This document shows positions 38,406 to 48,248 of a DNA stretch of 64,000 nucleotides, in pieces (the stretch's first letter is position 1; each line of letters starts with the position of its first letter). The position numbers and the translations under genes were made by a program. The notes below the pieces were generated by a model. It searched no databases, was not told the DNA's origin, and worked only from the letters and a program-made list of their open reading frames with translations. Origin of the DNA: Candidatus Thorarchaeota archaeon (GTDB taxonomy: Archaea; Asgardarchaeota; Thorarchaeia; Thorarchaeales; Thorarchaeaceae); NCBI GenBank assembly GCA_048884785.1, contig JBHLQM010000003.1, positions 66,887 to 130,886 on the forward strand, written 5' to 3'.

Positions 38406-39373
38406 AGGCTGGCGGAATCGAAATAGTACCACTTGCAGCAGAGAGTATGGGTGTAAGGTCTCTTTGCACGTATTTGCGAACGCCAGATGTTTCGATTCTT
38501 CTTGATCCCTCAGCCGCACTTGCTTTTCGTCCTCCATATGATCCGCACCCATATGAGTATCTAGCATTAGAATCATCACTGTCTAGAATCCGGCAGGTAG
38601 CCATGGATGTAGAGATTATAACTGTGTCACATTATCATTTCGATCATGTTCGACCTGGTATTACTGACTGGAGATACAACTTCAGTACTAGGGAGGAACG
38701 CCTTTCATTATATTCTGGAAAGAAGATTCTTGCAAAAGACGGCCGGGAAAATGTGAATGCATCACAAAGAAGACGTGCGTTCTATTTCGAGAAGGACTTG
38801 CGCGGAAAGGTTGAGATTGAATGGGCTGATGGCAAGAGATTCACCTTCGGTGATACTACTATCACTTTTTCTCTCCCGTTGCCACATGGTCCTGAAGACT
38901 CGAAATTGGGATATGTTCTCTCAACTTTGATTGAATTCGGGGATAGCAGATTTCTATTTGCTCCTGACGTACAGGGGCCTATAAGTCGCAAGACACTTGC
39001 TTATTTCCTGAAATTGGACCCTCATGTTGTAATTCTGGGAGGTCCGCCAATATATCTGAAACAATTCTCAGAACATGAATCCCAAGAAGCTCTCTATGCC
39101 CTAACGACCCTTGTAACTGCTGTAGATTATTTGGTTGTTGATCACCATCTACTCAGAACTACAGACTGGGAGCAGTGGATTAAACCAATACAGCTAGCTG
39201 CCGAACGTGCCGGCCATACAATAGGCACCATGGCTGATCTTGCTGGTCAAGACAGAACGCTTCTAGAAGCATCGCGCGAGGAATTGTATAGAACGAATCC
39301 TCCGAGTCAGGAGTTCGAAAGGTGGTTATCATCTTCAGATGAATACAAAACAGGGACTAGGCCACCAATATAA
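38402..39373 (+). CDS. UPF0282 metallo-beta-lactamase-fold protein
   Basis: AAESMGVRS, SHYHFDH, PHG, DVQGP, DHHLLR. Confidence 0.88.
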   Translation: MKAGGIEIVPLAAESMGVRSLCTYLRTPDVSILLDPSAALAFRPPYDPHPYEYLALESSLSRIRQVAMDVEIITVSHYHFDHVRPGITDWRYNFSTREERLSLYSGKKILAKDGRENVNASQRRRAFYFEKDLRGKVEIEWADGKRFTFGDTTITFSLPLPHGPEDSKLGYVLSTLIEFGDSRFLFAPDVQGPISRKTLAYFLKLDPHVVILGGPPIYLKQFSEHESQEALYALTTLVTAVDYLVVDHHLLRTTDWEQWIKPIQLAAERAGHTIGTMADLAGQDRTLLEASREELYRTNPPSQEFERWLSSSDEYKTGTRPPI

Positions 39374-39446
39374 ACTCAGATATTTTCGTAATCTTGAGGA
39401 CATCATAGCTTTGTTTTAGGGCAAATAAATCAACAGAACAATTGCT

Positions 39447-39722
39447 ATGGAATCGAATGATATGGGAATTGGCAATGACTTTGATATCACCACAGTGGGC
39501 TATCTACTTGGTGAGCTCGGCATTGAAATCCTGACCATGATTGCACAAGGCTGTAGCAATGATAGTGAAATCAAGCGACTTAGCACAATAACCTCCTCCT
39601 GTCTCGATATCAAGATTCCATTGCTCGAAACCCTTGGTCTGATTAGGATTGAGGGTGATATTTACATACTTGCAAAAAATGGTGTCACTGTGCTCAAGGA
39701 ACTGACGGGTTGGAGAGAATGA
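39447..39722 (+). CDS. Small winged-helix protein
   Basis: LETLGLI...YILAKNG wHTH wing pattern. Confidence 0.65.
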   Translation: MESNDMGIGNDFDITTVGYLLGELGIEILTMIAQGCSNDSEIKRLSTITSSCLDIKIPLLETLGLIRIEGDIYILAKNGVTVLKELTGWRE

Positions 39723-40129
39723 AGGAACTAACTGAGGGGTCAATTTCAAGGGTCATAAACGGTATGATATCAATCAGGGACTTCCAAGAAAGCGTTAATA
39801 TTCAGGATGGTTCTGTTGTCCTAATAGTCAGATCTCGAAGTGGATTTCTCAGAGTGATTCCTATAAGTGGTGGCTCAGCATGTCATGTACGTGTTTCACT
39901 TGACCTGACGTCATTTACTAGCACCTCTAGAATGCTATACGACACAATACGAGAAATGGATTTGAGGCTCTTGCATTCTACCGGTTTCTGTCCCTTTGAG
40001 AATGTTTGTATATGGGAAGGGTATTTTCTTGTCAAGGAAAGAAGCAACATTGAAGAGTTCATCAAATGGCTTCGTGGCCTAAATGTAGTACTCGAAATCG
40101 AGATTCTTCCTCTAATGGAAAAGGAGTGA
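39719..40129 (+). CDS. Hypothetical protein with C-terminal ACT-like domain
   Basis: LLHSTGFC...C.WEGY; ATGA coupling to upstream gene. Confidence 0.65.
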   Translation: MKELTEGSISRVINGMISIRDFQESVNIQDGSVVLIVRSRSGFLRVIPISGGSACHVRVSLDLTSFTSTSRMLYDTIREMDLRLLHSTGFCPFENVCIWEGYFLVKERSNIEEFIKWLRGLNVVLEIEILPLMEKE

Positions 40130-40151
40130 ATTGAACTAGTGGAGGTTTGCG

Positions 40152-40709
40152 ATGAGAATGGAAGATGAGAATGGTCTAAACTCCACAAGATCAATATTGC
40201 AGCGATTCAAAATCGCTGCGAGAGAAGCAGAGGAGAATCTAGTAAATGAAAACTACTCACAAGCAATGGCCCAGTTCTATGATGCCAGTCGTTCCGCAGA
40301 TGAAATGACAGAGCGATTTCTGATACTGCTTATGAGAACAGCTCCAAGTGATGCACATAGGACTTTGATTGTTGAATTTCTTAGCTGGCGTCTCCGCTAC
40401 TTTGCAGCTCAATATGACTATCATCTTTCTGTGGCACAGACCTTGTCTGGATTGCCAAGAGAGGAATGGATTGCACGCCTAGAAACAATTCTTGTTCTCT
40501 CTCAAAGCTTGGTTTCGAAGCTTCTACCCGTCCTTGATGAAACTGATGATGCAAATGTTGAATTTAGAATTAGAGAGCTTCTGACGGATTGGGTCCAAGG
40601 CATACGGGAATTAGTTTCAAAACTTCAGAGTTGGGGAATGGCGAGCGCACAAGCCGCGCAAGTCTTGGAGTGGGCGCTAGACAATGGTATTGACGCAAAG
40701 ACGAAATAA
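40152..40709 (+). CDS. All-alpha hypothetical protein
   Basis: 185 aa helical ORF after SD GGAGGT. Confidence 0.7.
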   Translation: MRMEDENGLNSTRSILQRFKIAAREAEENLVNENYSQAMAQFYDASRSADEMTERFLILLMRTAPSDAHRTLIVEFLSWRLRYFAAQYDYHLSVAQTLSGLPREEWIARLETILVLSQSLVSKLLPVLDETDDANVEFRIRELLTDWVQGIRELVSKLQSWGMASAQAAQVLEWALDNGIDAKTK

Positions 40710-40721
40710 CTGGTTGCCGAC

Positions 40722-40937
40722 CTAACTCTTCGATTTTCCTTCAATGCATGCGCAAGCAGCTTCAGTATCAGCCAATTGGTAATGGCTATCAACATAGCAA
40801 ATTAGATAGTGATTGTCATGTTTGATGATGATTGGAGCTGGGAATCTCTGAACTTTCTTCAGCTCAGATTTGGGTAAATCCCAAGAAATAGTTTCCTTGC
40901 AGACTGGACATTGTAGCCACTTCAGCCCTTCGGTCAT
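40722..40937 (-). CDS. Small Zn-binding hypothetical protein
   Basis: MTEGLKWLQCPVCK...FP.PIII.H..H.LI.YVD; the upstream extension in the ORF track does not look protein-like. Confidence 0.7.
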   Translation of the reverse strand: MTEGLKWLQCPVCKETISWDLPKSELKKVQRFPAPIIIKHDNHYLICYVDSHYQLADTEAACACIEGKSKS

Positions 40938-41111
40938 CAATACCACCATTTTGTGTAGGCGTAACTTAATGTGAGTGACTGCAATCGTACTAAAAACGTT
41001 ATCGTCACTCACTAGCAGCATGCAGCTCATGAAGAAATCTGCGCATGAGAAATCATCAACTAAAACCAATTTTAATCTTGCATGGGTGGACCCTCTGAGA
41101 ATCGAAGACAA

Positions 41112-41942
41112 TCACTCTTCCAAATCCATGTCCCAAGCTCCGGGATCTTCGAGATCCGTACTTAGAATTGGCCGTTTTCTCCTCGATAAATCCGCAAGGT
41201 CATACCTATCGCTATCTACTATTAGTTCCGAAGAGTCTGAATCTAGGTATGCTGGAATGTGACCTAACTCAATACCCCTCTCCACTATTCTTCTCACTTT
41301 GGTTTCTTCTAGCCCAGTGCTTTCTACAAGACCGCTTATTGTCACAGCAACTTCTGACTCCAAGGAAGCTCGAACAAAGCCGGCAAATGCCAGTAGGAAA
41401 AGGTCTCTGATTTTCTTGATTCCATCCTTATCCAGCACTCTTGTCAACGCAGCATCTATGTACATGTCTGCGTCTCCAAAGTGGTATTCGTTTAGCATTA
41501 GTGCAAGGTTGATCAGCTCTTTTGCTCTTCCTCTTGTCGTTTCAGCGGCCGCATGAATCAATTGTCGTGCAAGGTCTAGATCACCGCCGACAATCGCACA
41601 GAATGCACCATCAACAAAGAGCATAGGGTTCTTGTCCTCCTCAGCTGCATAGATGTACGCCTCTGACGCGATTTGATAGTCGATTTCGAATTTCTCATGC
41701 TCACCCTGCCTAATCCAGCTGTCTCCTGCTTCTCTCATAAACTCTGCCGCTTCAGTATATCGGTGCTCAAGCATTGCATGTTCATAGGCTCTTTCGAATG
41801 CTCCCGCCGCCTTACCGAAGAATTCCCATCTGGACCAGCATTTAGCCGCTGTATGAAATAATAAAATGGCCCCTTCATTCAAACCTTCTTTCGCTTTTGC
41901 ATCAGCATTCTGCTCTGCTCTTGTGCAATCAGATTTGTCCAT
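41112..41942 (-). CDS. SNAP-like helical repeats + PCI-type winged helix
   Basis: KAAGAFERA/EAAEFMREAG repeats; VTISGLVESTGLEETKVRRIVERGIELGHIPAYLD PCI-like end. Confidence 0.75.
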   Translation of the reverse strand: MDKSDCTRAEQNADAKAKEGLNEGAILLFHTAAKCWSRWEFFGKAAGAFERAYEHAMLEHRYTEAAEFMREAGDSWIRQGEHEKFEIDYQIASEAYIYAAEEDKNPMLFVDGAFCAIVGGDLDLARQLIHAAAETTRGRAKELINLALMLNEYHFGDADMYIDAALTRVLDKDGIKKIRDLFLLAFAGFVRASLESEVAVTISGLVESTGLEETKVRRIVERGIELGHIPAYLDSDSSELIVDSDRYDLADLSRRKRPILSTDLEDPGAWDMDLEE

Positions 41943-42013
41943 GCTTGCATGCGCCCCAGACTGCTGATTCTATCAGCAAAATACATCTAAACCTTTGGCT
42001 AAATTATGGGCGA

Positions 42014-42035
42014 AGGGTCGCTTTTTTGCGACCCT
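42014..42035 (-). terminator. 8-bp hairpin at end of ABC ATPase gene
   Basis: AGGGTCGC-TTTTTT-GCGACCCT. Confidence 0.4.
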
Positions 42036-42721
42036 CATCTAATCGAGCGGATGGCTCCATCGCTCATTCGAATGACTCTTTTGGCATGCTTGGTCAATTC
42101 CTCATTGTGAGTTACTAGCACAACTGTCATCCTTCTCTCTCGATTGAGGTGGGCAATCATTTTCATGATTCCTTCGCCTGTTTGAGAATCAAGATTTCCT
42201 GTTGGCTCATCACAGAAAAGGATTGGAGGATTATTCACCAGTGCTCGGGCAATTGCCACTCGCTGCTGCTCTCCACCTGAAAGCTGCATTGGTCTGTGGT
42301 CGCGTCGCTCAAGCATATCAACTTCTCGCAAAACCTCGAGTGTCATCTCTTCCTGCTTATCTTTGTGGAGTTCTTCAAATGGCCAAAGGACGGCTTCGAT
42401 GTTTTCATATGATGTAAGATCATCAATCAGAAGGAAGGACTGAAAGACAAAGCCTATCTTTTCCGATCTGACTTTTGGAAGGTCTCTTTCACTGATGAGA
42501 GTGACGTCAACACCATCTAGAAGAATTCGTCCACTTGTTGGCTGCTCAAGGCCTGCCATGACATGAAGCAATGTGGATTTTCCACAGCCGGAGGGTCCAA
42601 CAACTGCTATGAACTCCCCTGGTTGAATCTCCAGGTTGATATCTTTGAGGGCCGCAACGGTGTTTTTCCCTCTGCCATACTCCTTATTGACTTTCTCTAC
42701 ACGAATAATCGGATTTGTCAT
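42035..42721 (-). CDS. ABC ATPase, LolD/MacB/FtsE type
   Basis: [31 protein letters not shown]. Confidence 0.93.
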   Translation of the reverse strand: MTNPIIRVEKVNKEYGRGKNTVAALKDINLEIQPGEFIAVVGPSGCGKSTLLHVMAGLEQPTSGRILLDGVDVTLISERDLPKVRSEKIGFVFQSFLLIDDLTSYENIEAVLWPFEELHKDKQEEMTLEVLREVDMLERRDHRPMQLSGGEQQRVAIARALVNNPPILFCDEPTGNLDSQTGEGIMKMIAHLNRERRMTVVLVTHNEELTKHAKRVIRMSDGAIRSIR

Positions 42722-42725
42722 GATA

Positions 42726-43253
42726 TTATTCCTCCCTCAGAGCCCTCATGGGTGGAATACTCATGGCTCTTAGCTGTGCAAGAACCAAGCCCGGTATTTG
42801 AAGAATTACAATATAGAACAATGTTGTCGCCATTGGACCTGCATCAACTGCAATCATAGCATGAATTGACTGCAGCAGTGAACTACCAAAGTCGCCAAAG
42901 TAGGCCATTAGTCCAAGGATCTCAACACTCACCTGGAACACAATAAGAAATGATGAAAATGACACGAGCACTACTTCCCCTATCAGTAAAAGAAGTATCT
43001 CTGAGTTACTCCATGATACGCATTTCAAGATCGCAATATCACGTCGGCGAAATTGTGCAATCAATATAGCATAAATTGTTGATACAATGAATGCCATTAG
43101 TAAAGAAGTAACTGCCATACTGGTTTGTGAGAGACCCCGCGCAACATAGATGTACAGGACTGCGTAGATAATCATAAAGAATATCACCCTTCTCCTGGCG
43201 CGAAAAGCTATTTTCATACTCTTAAAGAGAATCCTGAAATTCAATAACTTCAA
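42726..43253 (-). CDS. Minimal 4-TM FtsX-like permease
   Basis: RRRDIAILKCVSW, IPPMRALREE; no large extracellular domain. Confidence 0.8.
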   Translation of the reverse strand: MKLLNFRILFKSMKIAFRARRRVIFFMIIYAVLYIYVARGLSQTSMAVTSLLMAFIVSTIYAILIAQFRRRDIAILKCVSWSNSEILLLLIGEVVLVSFSSFLIVFQVSVEILGLMAYFGDFGSSLLQSIHAMIAVDAGPMATTLFYIVILQIPGLVLAQLRAMSIPPMRALREE

Positions 43254-43346
43254 TCCTCCGTGGTGGCGTATTCATAATTTTGTTCTGCTATCACCTAATC
43301 ATTCTTTCGTGTACGAGTATATGAGCAGAACACCGAAGGGCAATTC

Positions 43347-43535
43347 CTATTCCTCGGTCTCTGAGGTCACATGTATCTGACCTGGCATGCCCTCTCTTGG
43401 CCAAAGTTCCTTCATTAGCAGGTCTCTTATTGCCACTCTGATGGCTTCACTGCGCGAAGGATACATGCCCAGCTCAACCAAGCGATCCAGTCCGTTTACG
43501 TATATCTCGCTCATCTTAACTGTAATCAAGTCCAT
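43347..43535 (-). CDS. Ribbon-helix-helix regulator (CdrS/aCcr1-like)
   Basis: ITVKMS...LDRLVELGMYPSRSEAIRVAIRDLL. Confidence 0.85.
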   Translation of the reverse strand: MDLITVKMSEIYVNGLDRLVELGMYPSRSEAIRVAIRDLLMKELWPREGMPGQIHVTSETEE

Positions 43536-43755
43536 TAGGAACTCACCCAACTAGGCTGAATGTCCCTTTGAGTTGATATAATCCCTTCGAAGAAATGGGT
43601 TTTTGCAAGGGAACTCGCGCCATTTTGCTTGGGGTATCCAATCGATAAAAGTCTAAATATGCTGCCCGTCTTGAAACTCTTGGTAGTGTGACTCTTAAAC
43701 CAAATATATCGATAAATCAACTGGGAACTAGGTAGACTACTGAGGATAACCACTA

Positions 43756-44289
43756 ATGAGCGACTCTTTCGATTATATGAGAAAGGTATGCATGATCGGA
43801 GCAGGTGGTAGTGGGAAGACAGCTATCGTGAATCGATTCCTTACACAGAAGTTCTCAGAGCAGTATATTGTAACTATCGGTAGTCAGTTTGCAGTCAAGA
43901 CAGTGGCAGTCATTAATGGACATGGGGATACAATTAGAATCAAGCTCTTGGTCTGGGACCTTGCGGGTCAGGAGCGTTTTGATTTCATACGGACGAGCTA
44001 CTATAAGGGCTCAAAGGGTGCCCTTCTTGTCTATGATGTAACAAGAAAAAGCACATGGATGGAATTACCAAAATGGATTGATGAGACCGAGAACGCTCTC
44101 GGGATGAGAATCCCCATTGTTTTGCTGGCAAATAAGGTTGATATCGTTGAGGATCGAGTTATCTCTCGGGAAATGGGTCTGCAGTTTGTTGAAGAGAATA
44201 ATCTGAATGGCTATCTTGAAACAAGCGCACTTTCAGGACAAAACATCGAAGAAGCATTCAGGCAGCTCGCTCAGAATACAATTTCCTGA
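43756..44289 (+). CDS. Rab-like small GTPase
   Basis: GAGGSGKT, TIG, WDLAGQERF, YYKG, NKVD, ETSA; no C-terminal prenylation Cys. Confidence 0.93.
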   Translation: MSDSFDYMRKVCMIGAGGSGKTAIVNRFLTQKFSEQYIVTIGSQFAVKTVAVINGHGDTIRIKLLVWDLAGQERFDFIRTSYYKGSKGALLVYDVTRKSTWMELPKWIDETENALGMRIPIVLLANKVDIVEDRVISREMGLQFVEENNLNGYLETSALSGQNIEEAFRQLAQNTIS

Positions 44290-44379
44290 ATAGGAGAAAT
44301 ATGTCTTCAACCAAAACACAATATAGGCTTGTTTTTAATGCCGAAGGCAACAGACATCGTAGCTGAGATGTGATGATAT

Positions 44380-45516
44380 ATGTCGGACAAATTAAACCTG
44401 AAATTCCTCGAAGCCCTCTGTAATTCCTTTGGTCCTAGTGGCCATGAAACAGAGGCGCAGAAAGTAGCTCATGAATATGGAAAGCAGTATGCTGATGAAG
44501 TTCTCTTTGACAGACTTGGTTCAGTTGTCTTCAAGCATGGCAATGCAGGCCCGAAAATAATGATGGCGGGCCACGTTGATGAGATTGGTTTTGTTATAAC
44601 AGAAATCACCAAAGAAGGCTATCTAAAATTCCACCAGCTTGGAGGCTGGTGGGACCAAACGCTACTGACACAAGAGGTCATTGTTCGTCCATTCAAAGAC
44701 GGAGAGAAAATAGTTGGTATAATTGGAGCCCCTCCACCGCATGTACTTTCAGCCGAGCAGAGGACGAAGATCGTCACCAAAGATGACATGTATATCGATA
44801 TCGGATGTTCCTCGAAGAAGGAAGTCGAAGAGCTTGGTATCCGGGTTGGAGACCCCGCTGTGCCGAGGTCCCTCTTTAGAACCATTCATCGGAAGCGGAA
44901 GGAAAAGGATGAAGATGACAAGAATGCTGAAGAGAAAACTGTTGATGTTCACCTGGCAATTGCAAAAGCATTTGATGATCGAATCGGAGTCTTCATAGTT
45001 GTAGAAGCTCTCCGTCGTCTATCTGAAAGAAACATTAAACATCCAAACATAGTCTATGCAGTATCAACTGTTCAAGAGGAGATAGGCCTGCGAGGTGCTC
45101 GTACGGCGGCACAAATGCTTGAACCAGATATTGGATTTGCTCTTGATGTTGACATTTCCGGAGACTCCCCCGGTTCTAAGGGACTCGTGCAGAAAATGGG
45201 CCACGGTGTGACCATTTCTGCAGGTGATGGTTCAATGATACCAAATCCGAAATTACGGAGATTTGTGATTGAAGTTGCTGAAGAGATGAAAATCAAGCAT
45301 CAACCTGCCTTTCTCAAATCAGGTGGCACCGATGCGGGAGCAATACATCTCTCTGGCATGGGCGCTCCTTCTCTCTTCTTAGGAATTGCGACACGCTACA
45401 TTCACTCACACCACGCAATGCTTGACCTGGGAGATGTAGAAGCTGCTGTAGAGCTTCTAGTGGAACTAATTAAGCGACTTGATCAAAAGACCATCGAGAG
45501 CTTTTCCACGCTATAG
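44380..45516 (+). CDS. M42 family (TET) aminopeptidase
   Basis: GHVDEIG, AFDDRIG, QEEIGLRGA, GGTDAG, RYIHS. Confidence 0.93.
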   Translation: MSDKLNLKFLEALCNSFGPSGHETEAQKVAHEYGKQYADEVLFDRLGSVVFKHGNAGPKIMMAGHVDEIGFVITEITKEGYLKFHQLGGWWDQTLLTQEVIVRPFKDGEKIVGIIGAPPPHVLSAEQRTKIVTKDDMYIDIGCSSKKEVEELGIRVGDPAVPRSLFRTIHRKRKEKDEDDKNAEEKTVDVHLAIAKAFDDRIGVFIVVEALRRLSERNIKHPNIVYAVSTVQEEIGLRGARTAAQMLEPDIGFALDVDISGDSPGSKGLVQKMGHGVTISAGDGSMIPNPKLRRFVIEVAEEMKIKHQPAFLKSGGTDAGAIHLSGMGAPSLFLGIATRYIHSHHAMLDLGDVEAAVELLVELIKRLDQKTIESFSTL

Positions 45517-45574
45517 AACCAAATCAAGGACATCAACCAGTCGAAAGACGGGCTGATGTTCTTTCTGGTTTTCT
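45517..45574 (+). terminator. Long GAAA-capped hairpin between convergent genes
   Basis: AAGGACATCA (45526-35)/TGATGTTCTT (45554-63), apical GTC-GAAA-GAC, outer AACCA/TGGTT, then T-rich. Confidence 0.45.
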
Positions 45575-46663
45575 TTATCGCTCTCGTTTTCCTTCAATAA
45601 ACTCATCAACGCGTTTTTGGGCTTCAAAATCATCGATTTGATAGCGAGGATGCTTGAAGCTATATGAACTGATACTCGAGAGTTCTCCACCAATTCCACG
45701 ATCGAGTGCAATCTTCACAGCTCGAGCAACATCAATGATAACGCCCCCGCTGTTTGGCGAGTCTTGCACCGAGAGTTTCAGGTCGAGGTCGATTGGGAGG
45801 TCCCCAAATGCCTTCGATCTCATGGTGATATAGCAGACCTTGTTATCCCCGAGGAATGGAACATAGTCACTCGGACCAATCTTGGTTGGCAACTCATAAT
45901 CCACGCAGCTTGTCACGGCCTCAGTCTTGCTGATTCGCTTTGACTTCAACCGGTTTTCTACTTGCATATTTTCAAAGTCGGTATTTCCACCAATGTTAAG
46001 CTGATAGGTGCTTTTCAGAATAAGCCCTCTTTTGTCAAACAACTGTGCAAGAACGCGGTGAAGGATTGTTGCACCCAGTTGGCTCTTAATATCATCGCCG
46101 GCTGCTGGAATTCCTTTCTTTTCGAATGCCTTGGCATATTCTGAGTTAGGATCAGATACAATGAACTCGGGTATCGCATTGATGAAACCTATTTCAGCAT
46201 CCAATGCCGCTTGAGCATAGATCCTGGAACCTTCAGCGCTTCCTACAGGCAAATAGGAAACAAGCATATCCGCCTTTGCTTTTCGTAGTTCCTCTGCAAC
46301 ATCGACGGGTTCAATCTCATTTTCATCATATGTAAAGAATGACTCTTTCATATGAGGAGCCACACCATCAGAAATAGGTCCTGGAAGTACTTTTACTCCA
46401 ATCTTTGGCACATCAGGGGCGAAAACGGCACAGCAGTTTGGCTCTGCCCACATTGCATCTGCAATATCTAATCCAATCTTCTTTCGATTAACTTCGAACG
46501 CGGCAACGAATTTTAAATCCTTTGGGAAATAGCCTCCAAAGTCTACATGCATGAGCCCTGGCACTTCATCATCTGACTTAGCATTCCTATAATAATGGGT
46601 GCCTTGAATAAGAGCTGATGCACAGTTTCCGAGACCTGCAATTGCGATTCTGACGTCACCCAT
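45575..46663 (-). CDS. ino1: myo-inositol-1-phosphate synthase
   Basis: GLGNCASAL, YLPVGS, GDDIKSQ.GAT, QLNIGGNTDF, DSPNS. Confidence 0.95.
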   Translation of the reverse strand: MGDVRIAIAGLGNCASALIQGTHYYRNAKSDDEVPGLMHVDFGGYFPKDLKFVAAFEVNRKKIGLDIADAMWAEPNCCAVFAPDVPKIGVKVLPGPISDGVAPHMKESFFTYDENEIEPVDVAEELRKAKADMLVSYLPVGSAEGSRIYAQAALDAEIGFINAIPEFIVSDPNSEYAKAFEKKGIPAAGDDIKSQLGATILHRVLAQLFDKRGLILKSTYQLNIGGNTDFENMQVENRLKSKRISKTEAVTSCVDYELPTKIGPSDYVPFLGDNKVCYITMRSKAFGDLPIDLDLKLSVQDSPNSGGVIIDVARAVKIALDRGIGGELSSISSYSFKHPRYQIDDFEAQKRVDEFIEGKRER

Positions 46664-46733
46664 GGTATCACCTTAGTCACTATTATATGACCAGAGAATA
46701 CTTTAATTCTTTTAAAACCTTCGCGGTACGGTC

Positions 46734-47564
46734 CTATGCTTGCTCTTGGTCCTGATCACTGGCGCCATGCTCTATATCTATAGTATAGATGCTGAATAGA
46801 AGCTTCTTCGCCAATCCCACTGTTTTTGGACCTATTCCAGGGATATCGCCCCACTCATCTACATGAGATATGGCTTCCATAGGGGTCTTGTACTTCGCTA
46901 GAATACTCCGAGCTCGAACAACATTAACGCCTGGAAATCCTGCCATGAAGAATTCCTGCTCATCATTCTGTGTATCCAGTCCCTTTCGAGTTCGTATTAC
47001 TGGTAGCCTTTGCCCTGAACGGTCCTTCAACTTACCCTCACCAGTAATTACTCCATAAAGTAGTCCTGCAGAATGCAATGCATTGAATCCTTCAATAATC
47101 TCAATGCCTCTCTCTCTAATACTATCAATTAATGCATCAAGTGACGAGGGATGTATGAAGCTAACACGTTCCATAGTCACAAAGAATGGCCTGTTCTTTG
47201 TCTTTTTGGTGCTGAACGGCACATAGACGCATCCTTTCATCGGGTCTCTGCGAATCGCCAGTATGTTTTCTATCAACACGTACGGTCTATCATACTCAAG
47301 TAATGCATCCAGCTGCTTAGTTAGTCTTGGAACTCCAGAACTACTACCCTTCAGAGTGTTCACTAGATCACTGACTGTTTTTCTCTCAATGGCAATTCCA
47401 TCTGGACCAAGCACATCGCCAATTGGTATCTTTTGGACAACGTATTGAATGCCATCTTTGTCAAGCATGCTCATCAGGTGTTTTATTGAATTGATGCCTT
47501 TTCCACCTGTTTCATGAACATCTATTACAACTTCTGGCACATTTCCAAAGAGATCGGTTTGCAT
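46734..47564 (-). CDS. xpf: Short XPF/ERCC4 structure-specific nuclease (nuclease + HhH2)
   Basis: IDVHE, GD, ERKTVSDL, FPGV and IPGIG HhH. Confidence 0.85.
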   Translation of the reverse strand: MQTDLFGNVPEVVIDVHETGGKGINSIKHLMSMLDKDGIQYVVQKIPIGDVLGPDGIAIERKTVSDLVNTLKGSSSGVPRLTKQLDALLEYDRPYVLIENILAIRRDPMKGCVYVPFSTKKTKNRPFFVTMERVSFIHPSSLDALIDSIRERGIEIIEGFNALHSAGLLYGVITGEGKLKDRSGQRLPVIRTRKGLDTQNDEQEFFMAGFPGVNVVRARSILAKYKTPMEAISHVDEWGDIPGIGPKTVGLAKKLLFSIYTIDIEHGASDQDQEQA

Positions 47565-47566
47565 CC

Positions 47567-48232
47567 CTATTCCTCATCAAAGAGTGTTAGGACTGCTGCC
47601 ATTGAGACTTCTCTCGCTAGTTTTTCATCATTTGCTGAGCCAATCACAACAACATCGTTATCCTTCACACGTAGGCTCTCTAGTATTAAAAGGGCCTCTG
47701 CCTCATATTCAAAAAGTATATTGAAATCATCGGGAGGCATTAGAAGCATTCCATCCTTTTGAACAAGCGTTGTTGCCCCAGCCTGTCCATATCCTCCCCC
47801 TTGAATTATGGCCTCGTCTCGTTGTCTAATACCATCTTTAACAGCTGTTGCTTTATCTTTTACCAGATTTGCATAAGCACTGTTATGAATTACAAGAGAA
47901 CCAAGACTGAGGGCCAGGCCAATCGGCACATCGTTGGTTATCCTGTCAAAGAGATTTCTACCTTTTGATGTAAGTTTCTGACCTTGCTTGCCTTCCGCCG
48001 TTATATAGCCTGCTTCTGTTAGCCTTTTCAACAGTGTACGTGCGCTTCCTTCTCCGACAGACATCTGTTCGCAAAGCTCGTATCTCCCCAATGGCTGTTC
48101 CCTGCCTATCATGATTAATGCAACAACTACATGATGTGGTCTGAAAGTGGGGGAAACTCGACCATCTGCAGGTTGAGCAATTTGTATTATTTCCTGCAAC
48201 CAAGACAAAGTATCACAAGCTCCATATTGCAT
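47567..48232 (-). CDS. wHTH protein, DUF4443/DUF2111-like
   Basis: PLGR..L...GEGSARTLL HTH; GIRQRDEAI..G..GATT; true start may be slightly downstream. Confidence 0.75.
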   Translation of the reverse strand: MQYGACDTLSWLQEIIQIAQPADGRVSPTFRPHHVVVALIMIGREQPLGRYELCEQMSVGEGSARTLLKRLTEAGYITAEGKQGQKLTSKGRNLFDRITNDVPIGLALSLGSLVIHNSAYANLVKDKATAVKDGIRQRDEAIIQGGGYGQAGATTLVQKDGMLLMPPDDFNILFEYEAEALLILESLRVKDNDVVVIGSANDEKLAREVSMAAVLTLFDEE

Positions 48233-48248
48233 TCACAAGCAATCACTT

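Noticed and set aside
40938-41114. Readthrough of the PCI gene TGA into the in-frame 129-aa ORF
   Set aside because: The intervening ~58 codons are not protein-like and contain hairpins; the small protein has its own ATG
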